IMG/VR virus record: IMGVR_UViG_3300025132_000161
Location: 1-32,407 of that record
Origin: a virus
Lineage: Duplodnaviria; Caudoviricetes
DNA length: 32,407 bases
Direction: 5' to 3' (one strand)
Of this stretch, positions 28,162-32,407 are shown one piece after another; the stretch's first letter is position 1; each line of letters begins with the position of its first letter. Under the pieces are notes generated by a model. That model was not told the origin of the DNA. It made no database searches and worked only from the letters and a program-made list of their open reading frames with translations. The position numbers were made by a program, and so were the translations under genes.

Positions 28162-28376
28162 TATATTGCCTCCTTAGTTGTTACAGTACGATAGGCAATC
28201 TCTCCCAGATTTTCAACATATAACGACTTTATTCTCTCTCGGTTCTTATCATTTAACTCTAGCAGTTTATTCCAATTCCAGTTACTTGGAGGCAAACAAT
28301 TCGCTTCACTAACTGTAAAGTCCAAAGTAACACGATAGCGGGTTACTTTCTTACTTGATTGTACTTGAGAATCCAT
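28161..28376 (-). CDS. Small hypothetical protein (likely start MDSQVQ at 28376; RYRVTLDF...P.NWNW..LLEL)
   Basis: The track start at 28421 lies inside the promoter; this ATG is 27 nt after the -10 box. Confidence 0.75.
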   Translation of the reverse strand: MDSQVQSSKKVTRYRVTLDFTVSEANCLPPSNWNWNKLLELNDKNRERIKSLYVENLGEIAYRTVTTKEAI

Positions 28377-28402
28377 AAGATTGAGGCGGTAGATTACATT
28401 TA

Positions 28403-28431
28403 ATTCTAACAGATATTGCACTAAATGTCAA
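28403..28431 (-). promoter_or_regulatory. Sigma70-like promoter without a dyad box
   Basis: TTGACA-N17-TAGAAT with extended -10 TGn. Confidence 0.8.
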
Positions 28432-28586
28432 CTAAGCACGATATTTCCCTTCTTATGTTGTTATTTAGTGGGGAAACTTACCACGCTTATGTAATACTTA
28501 AGCGGTGTTATTCTTCTAAAAAAAATTCTTTCCGCCTCAAAGTGACTAGGATAATGTAAGACTAATAAAGACGAATTACACGATAA

Positions 28587-28651
28587 AATTGTTAATTAGT
28601 GGAATTATAACGATTGGCACTAGGCGAGACGTACACCACTAAGTAACAATT
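28587..28651. repeat. 16-bp inverted repeat (15/16 match) enclosing 33 nt in a non-coding gap
   Basis: AATTGTTAATTAGTGG ... CCACTAAGTAACAATT. Confidence 0.7.
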
Positions 28652-28678
28652 AAAGACTATTAATCACTCATTAAACTG

Positions 28679-28942
28679 TCAACTAAAGTTTAAAGATTTA
28701 ATCTCATAGTCATAATTAGATTCTGATACTTTACCACTATTAGAAGCAATAGTATCGTCTAATACATTGACTAGACTCTCATCTATAGCAATTAGTTCTG
28801 TGATGTATTCATCTTCAAAAGCGCCTCCGTTATCCTCAAATAGAGCGTGCTTTTCTCCTATAGCAAGTTCTCTCAAAATTTGCACTTGATAAAATGTTAA
28901 TGGAACATTTACTGTTACATCACTAATTTTTGAAGTGTTCAT
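28679..28942 (-). CDS. Small acidic hypothetical protein
   Basis: 87 aa, GAGG ribosome-binding site, ATGA overlap. Confidence 0.75.
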   Translation of the reverse strand: MNTSKISDVTVNVPLTFYQVQILRELAIGEKHALFEDNGGAFEDEYITELIAIDESLVNVLDDTIASNSGKVSESNYDYEIKSLNFS

Positions 28943-29082
28943 GAATTTTTCCTCTTTTTGTTGTTTTTGTTGTCTCTTACCATTTTATTAAACTTGCGTG
29001 ACTCACTCGGACTCATACCGCAAAAATAGTTTAATAGATTGCCTTCGTATCTGTCGGCGAGGTCAAATAACTCTTTATCCAT
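28939..29082 (-). CDS. Small hypothetical protein, 47 aa with a basic tail (MDKELFDLADRYEG...)
   Basis: Translated by hand. TAATG and ATGA couplings on both sides. Confidence 0.7.
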   Translation of the reverse strand: MDKELFDLADRYEGNLLNYFCGMSPSESRKFNKMVRDNKNNKKRKNS

Positions 29083-29300
29083 TATAAGCACTCACTAGGT
29101 GGTAAACCGATTGAAGCGATAGCATTGTCAAGTGCATCAAAATCAAGTTCTGGATCATCAAAATCAACTCCAGCAGCATGATCTACTCCCCACTCTGCAA
29201 CTTCAAAAACGAAATCTTCAAAGTTCTTACATACCCATGCAACATTTTCAAAGTTCTCAACTTCTTTGATTCTGTTTATTAGTCTGTCTGTTTTGGTCAT
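29082..29300 (-). CDS. Small acidic early-type hypothetical protein
   Basis: 72 aa after cassette promoter 5, GAGG ribosome-binding site. Confidence 0.8.
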   Translation of the reverse strand: MTKTDRLINRIKEVENFENVAWVCKNFEDFVFEVAEWGVDHAAGVDFDDPELDFDALDNAIASIGLPPSECL

Positions 29301-29313
29301 TTTGAAAAACCTC

Positions 29314-29405
29314 TGTTTGTTTGTTATACTACTATTATAGGGCAGTGAGATGAAAAATCTACACTGCTTGTGCCACTTTGATTACTGGCACATCATCTAT
29401 TGACA
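29314..29405 (-). promoter_or_regulatory. Promoter cassette copy 5 (box 29370-29391, TATAAT 29334-29339)
   Basis: GTGCCACTTTGATTACTGGCAC; 30-bp spacer with GCAGTG-AGAT/ATCT-A-CACTGC stem; TTGACA 8 bp beyond the box on the plus strand. Confidence 0.85.
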
Positions 29406-29700
29406 CTCCGCACCCAAGTATGTTAGAAAAAATAACGTCATCTAAAACCTTTTTTAATCTAGTTGCCTTCTTACTGTTAACAACATAGGTTAAGAATTCT
29501 TCCATTAAGAAATTAGTCTCATTACTGGTAGCATCAACTAGAAAATCGTTTTGATAAACAACTTCCGCAAATTTCTCTCCATTAACTGTTAGAATAGTTT
29601 GCCTTGAGTTAATCGCCTTTACTTCAATATCATTCATTTTAAGATACTTTCTTTGATTGAGAGCATCAACTATTTTCTTTTCTGTTTTGTACATGAACAT
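29359..29700 (-). CDS. Hypothetical protein whose 3' end reads through dyad box 5
   Basis: 113 aa, GGAGG ribosome-binding site, TAATG coupling. Confidence 0.75.
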   Translation of the reverse strand: MFMYKTEKKIVDALNQRKYLKMNDIEVKAINSRQTILTVNGEKFAEVVYQNDFLVDATSNETNFLMEEFLTYVVNSKKATRLKKVLDDVIFSNILGCGVSIDDVPVIKVAQAV

Positions 29701-29951
29701 TACACCGCCTCCAGATCACTTAAATATGCTTCAACTGTCATTATTTCATAGTCATTAATGTAAGTACTCACAACAGCATAGTTACTACTTCTATCCAATA
29801 GGACTACACTGCCCTCTAGATCATCATGTATTTTGGACTTGACGTTAGTACCAAGTTTGATAACTTTTTTCTTTTCTAACTCTTCACACTTGTTCATTAA
29901 GTCTCTTAACTTTTGAACATCACTATTAAATTGTTCAGTAGAATAAGGCAT
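29700..29951 (-). CDS. Small early-type hypothetical protein
   Basis: 83 aa directly after the cassette 6 leader. Confidence 0.8.
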   Translation of the reverse strand: MPYSTEQFNSDVQKLRDLMNKCEELEKKKVIKLGTNVKSKIHDDLEGSVVLLDRSSNYAVVSTYINDYEIMTVEAYLSDLEAV

Positions 29952-29953
29952 AG

Positions 29954-30032
29954 TTGTTTGTTTGTTATACTACTATTATAGTAGCGTGAATATGAGATTC
30001 AAGTGGCAGTGTGCCACTTTATAAAGTGTCCT
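29954..30032 (-). promoter_or_regulatory. Promoter cassette copy 6 (box 30011-30032, TATAAT 29975-29980)
   Basis: GTGCCACTTTATAAAGTGTCCT, 30-bp spacer, AACAAACAAACAA leader. Confidence 0.85.
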
Positions 30033-30231
30033 AGTGTGACTTGTGTTTCATTAACTCGCCTGTTAGAGTATCCCTTACAAGTGAATATGCAACTTGATAA
30101 TCTCTAGATACATCACAACAGTATTGAACAGCACCGTCCAAGTCATCAGTATAAACGTGAGTAATACCTAGATCATGAGATTCTGTTTCGATCTCATATC
30201 TGAACTGGTCAGTAGGATTAACGTAAGTCAT
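30031..30231 (-). CDS. Small early-type hypothetical protein
   Basis: 66 aa; stop codon overlaps box 6. Confidence 0.75.
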   Translation of the reverse strand: MTYVNPTDQFRYEIETESHDLGITHVYTDDLDGAVQYCCDVSRDYQVAYSLVRDTLTGELMKHKSH

Positions 30232-30247
30232 AATGCCTTTGAATGTC

Positions 30248-30314
30248 TATATTACTATTATAGTGGATAGGACTAGAATTTAGTCCTTGCTTGTGCCACT
30301 TTGTCAACTGTCAT
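30248..30314 (-). promoter_or_regulatory. Promoter cassette copy 7 (box 30293-30314, TATAAT 30257-30262)
   Basis: GTGCCACTTTGTCAACTGTCAT; 30-bp spacer with a perfect AGGACTA/TAGTCCT stem. Confidence 0.8.
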
Positions 30315-30554
30315 ACGACCCATAAACTGAGCAGGTCTTTTTGTATTGATAGTTACAGCATAGTTATTTTCAAGTAAAATGTCGATCTCCTCCGCCATGT
30401 CATATACATTAATAGGTGCTTTTTCAAAAGTCTTACCTTTATAAGTGACTACCTTAAGTTTAACATTCTTACTGACTTCAGTACCATAAGGGATAAAATA
30501 CTTAACGTCATAATAGTCAACAACTGTATTAAGTGATTCAGATTGAAATTGCAT
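30273..30554 (-). CDS. Hypothetical protein whose 3' end reads through dyad box 7
   Basis: 93 aa after the cassette 8 leader, AGGGA ribosome-binding site. Confidence 0.8.
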   Translation of the reverse strand: MQFQSESLNTVVDYYDVKYFIPYGTEVSKNVKLKVVTYKGKTFEKAPINVYDMAEEIDILLENNYAVTINTKRPAQFMGRMTVDKVAQARTKF

Positions 30555-30563
30555 AATTCCCTA

Positions 30564-30652
30564 TGTTTGTTTATACTACCATTATAGTAGCATGAAATCC
30601 AAAAACCACTGCTAGTGTGCCAGTTTGATAAGTGGCACACAATGGGTTGACT
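30564..30652 (-). promoter_or_regulatory. Promoter cassette copy 8 (box 30617-30638, TATAAT 30581-30586)
   Basis: GTGCCAGTTTGATAAGTGGCAC; 30-bp spacer; TTGACT 8 bp beyond the box on the plus strand. Confidence 0.85.
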
Positions 30653-30655
30653 TTC

Positions 30656-30865
30656 CTACCATTCTGGTTTAGGTTGACTTGCTTTCTTTTTTGCTACTTT
30701 CTCTTCTTCTCTATATCCAATAGCATTGACTCTATCCTTAAGTGACTTAATTTCTTTAACTTCATAATATTCGCTAGTGCGGTAATATTTTACCATACTA
30801 CCGTAATAATCATCAAGAGCGCAATTAATAATACTTAGTTCATCTAGTGTTACATCTAATTTCAT
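30656..30865 (-). CDS. Small hypothetical protein
   Basis: 69 aa, AGGAGG ribosome-binding site, TAATG coupling. Confidence 0.75.
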   Translation of the reverse strand: MKLDVTLDELSIINCALDDYYGSMVKYYRTSEYYEVKEIKSLKDRVNAIGYREEEKVAKKKASQPKPEW

Positions 30866-31029
30866 TAATCTGCCTCCTCTACTTCATAAATTTCATAGTC
30901 ATCATCATCTAAAAATTGCCAATCTGTGTTACCATTAAGAGCAAGTAATTCTGCTTCTTGACTATCTTCCGCTTCAATAAAAGCAACATAATTTGTTACT
31001 CTTGTAGCGGTAACTCTATATTCATTCAT
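30865..31029 (-). CDS. Small very acidic protein, 54 aa (MNEYRVTATRVTNYVAFIEAEDSQEAE...)
   Basis: Translated by hand. Exactly fills the gap between its neighbours. Confidence 0.7.
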   Translation of the reverse strand: MNEYRVTATRVTNYVAFIEAEDSQEAELLALNGNTDWQFLDDDDYEIYEVEEAD

Positions 31030-31294
31030 GTATCCAATTCCCCTCTGAATCGTAGTCTCCTTCAGTAATGGACTCTAATCCATAAGGGTCAACATCATTA
31101 ACAACTGATTGAATACCAGTATAGTCACGCCCCTGTAAACGATAGACTTCTTTTTGTTGTTTTAAATCCTGATCTAATCGGTAACATAGTTCACAATTAA
31201 GTGCCATGTACTTGTTTTTGTCGTCACTATTCTCTGAATAGTGGAATTGTAAACACTCTAACAAGTATTCAAGTTCTCTAATCGCAAAGTTCAT
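31022..31294 (-). CDS. Small acidic hypothetical protein (likely start MNFAIREL at 31294)
   Basis: GGAGG ribosome-binding site precedes the second ATG of the track ORF. Confidence 0.75.
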   Translation of the reverse strand: MNFAIRELEYLLECLQFHYSENSDDKNKYMALNCELCYRLDQDLKQQKEVYRLQGRDYTGIQSVVNDVDPYGLESITEGDYDSEGNWIHE

Positions 31295-31406
31295 AGTCAC
31301 TGCCTCCATAAAATAGTTGATAATACAAATCGTTTTTCAAATCGAAAAACTCAAAATCGGATTCCTCATAAGACTTGAGCACCGCTTCATACACTTCTTG
31401 ATTCAT
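31278..31406 (-). CDS. Small acidic/aromatic peptide, 42 aa (MNQEVYEAVLKSYEESDF...)
   Basis: Translated by hand. AGGAGG ribosome-binding site and ATGA overlap. Confidence 0.65.
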   Translation of the reverse strand: MNQEVYEAVLKSYEESDFEFFDLKNDLYYQLFYGGSDYELCD

Positions 31407-31579
31407 GCTAGTGCCTCCTCGAGCAAGTCACTCATACAAGTGAGATCAATAACATCACTTATTCCAAGTGAATTGTCATTATCAATAGCGAAGTCTAAAG
31501 CATTCTTTAGATCGGATACTCTACCACTATCAAAAGTAAGAGTGATTGAGTTAGTGTTTGGATTTCTTTTGAAATTCAT
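31403..31579 (-). CDS. Small hypothetical protein, 58 aa (MNFKRNPNTNSITLTFD...)
   Basis: Translated by hand. First ORF after the cassette 9 leader. Confidence 0.75.
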   Translation of the reverse strand: MNFKRNPNTNSITLTFDSGRVSDLKNALDFAIDNDNSLGISDVIDLTCMSDLLEEALA

Positions 31580-31584
31580 GTAAC

Positions 31585-31674
31585 TTTGTTTGTTATACTA
31601 CTATTATAGTAGCATGAAATCCAATAACAACCACTATTGTGCCAGTTTGATAAGTGGCACACACTAGGTTGACT
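31585..31674 (-). promoter_or_regulatory. Promoter cassette copy 9 (box 31639-31660, TATAAT 31603-31608)
   Basis: Box identical to copy 8; 30-bp spacer; TTGACT 8 bp beyond the box. Confidence 0.85.
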
Positions 31675-31819
31675 TTTGTAAGTAAATCGCCATATACTCT
31701 TCTCTAGTGAGAGTTTCTTCTTGCTCTGTATCCATATTCAATACAACATCATAGGGATAAAATCCATAATATTTGTAATGATCTCTTACATAGTCTCTAA
31801 TCTGTTGATCTCTACTCAT
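31664..31819 (-). CDS. Small Tyr-rich hypothetical protein, 51 aa (MSRDQQIRDYVRDHYKYYGFYPYDV...)
   Basis: Translated by hand. ATGA overlap; stops 3 nt before box 9. Confidence 0.7.
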   Translation of the reverse strand: MSRDQQIRDYVRDHYKYYGFYPYDVVLNMDTEQEETLTREEYMAIYLQKST

Positions 31820-31986
31820 TTAATTTTCCTCATTTTTGTAATAATGTCGTATGATATGTAATTTTTGATATTACTTTCATAAGGATCGGATTTTAACTCT
31901 ACTCTGCCTTTCATAGCAATATAAGTTGGTTCAAATATCTCATAGAGTCTATTGAACTCATTATCAGTTAGTGTTAAAGTTTTCAT
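31816..31986 (-). CDS. Small hypothetical protein, 56 aa (MKTLTLTDNEFNRLYEIF...)
   Basis: Translated by hand. GAGG ribosome-binding site and ATGA overlaps at both ends. Confidence 0.7.
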   Translation of the reverse strand: MKTLTLTDNEFNRLYEIFEPTYIAMKGRVELKSDPYESNIKNYISYDIITKMRKIK

Positions 31987-32111
31987 TCTGATAAATCCTC
32001 GAATAGTTCTTCAGTTAGTCTAATTGCTTCCAGTTCAGATAATTCTGGGTGCTCTTCTAATACTTGTTCATACAATGATTCAAGTATGATCTCATTCTGT
32101 AAACAACTCAT
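31983..32111 (-). CDS. Small Glu-rich protein, 42 aa (MSCLQNEIILESLYEQVLEE...)
   Basis: Translated by hand. AAGGAGG ribosome-binding site and TAATG coupling. Confidence 0.75.
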   Translation of the reverse strand: MSCLQNEIILESLYEQVLEEHPELSELEAIRLTEELFEDLSE

Positions 32112-32302
32112 TAGTAATTGCCCTCCTTGATATACTGTAATGTTAAGACTTCCATTTCTTTTTGTAAGTCGCCTGCAAATGGTTTTACATCACTATGAAT
32201 TGTACTCCAAGCATTCTCCATAGCGTTATTGATTTGATAACCCTTCAATACTACACCGATTTGGTGCATATTGTATGTTTGATTTGGAATTACTTTTTTC
32301 AT
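32111..32302 (-). CDS. Small early-type hypothetical protein
   Basis: 63 aa after the cassette 10 leader. Confidence 0.75.
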   Translation of the reverse strand: MKKVIPNQTYNMHQIGVVLKGYQINNAMENAWSTIHSDVKPFAGDLQKEMEVLTLQYIKEGNY

Positions 32303-32308
32303 AGTACC

Positions 32309-32398
32309 TTTGTTTGTTATACTACTATTATAGGGCAGTGAAACTGAATTTCAACTACCCATGTGCCAGTTTATTAACTGTCACAAGCACTATTGATA
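32309..32398 (-). promoter_or_regulatory. Promoter cassette copy 10 (box 32363-32384, TATAAT 32327-32332)
   Basis: GTGCCAGTTTATTAACTGTCAC; 30-bp spacer with GGGCAGT-GAAA/TTTC-A-ACTACCC stem; TTGATA 8 bp beyond the box. Confidence 0.85.
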
Positions 32399-32407
32399 AA
32401 CACACCT

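Noticed and set aside
27436-28678. tRNA genes in the non-coding gaps
   Set aside because: No cloverleaf or T-loop GTTCRA with an acceptor stem seen by eye; tRNAscan-SE would settle it
26608-32398. Dyad repeats as a CRISPR array
   Set aside because: Spacing runs from about 190 to 1760 bp and contains whole genes; copies are degenerate; no cas genes

Overview
Segment of a T4-like marine cyanomyovirus genome (Kyanoviridae-type). All credible genes are on the minus strand. Left part (1-23.2 kb): late baseplate module, transcribed as gp25, gp6, a 3004-aa gp7-type giant protein, a 340-aa protein with a gp9/gp10-type N-terminus, a 2999-aa repeat-rich giant protein, gp8 and the first codons of the next structural gene, with T4-type late promoters (TATAAATA/CTAAATA). 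Middle (23.2-26.3 kb): small ORFs and a GT-A-type glycosyltransferase under sigma70-like promoters. Right part (26.3-32.4 kb): an array of tiny, mostly acidic early-type ORFs organised into cassettes by ten copies of a 22-bp dyad box (GTGCCAS-N8-STGGCAC). Nine copies lie exactly 30-31 bp upstream of a minus-strand TATAAT, usually with a hairpin in between and an AACAAACA-type leader after it. Six copies also carry a TTGA(C/T) -35-like box exactly 8 bp away on the opposite strand. Two near-consensus plus-strand promoters fire into a gene-free AT-rich tract (origin or ncRNA candidate). The most notable observations are this bidirectional promoter/terminator cassette system, an apparent mid-module split of the giant gp7 gene by an inserted gene, and a nested 'Russian-doll' repeat architecture in the 2999-aa protein. 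All calls come from reading the sequence; no searches were run.
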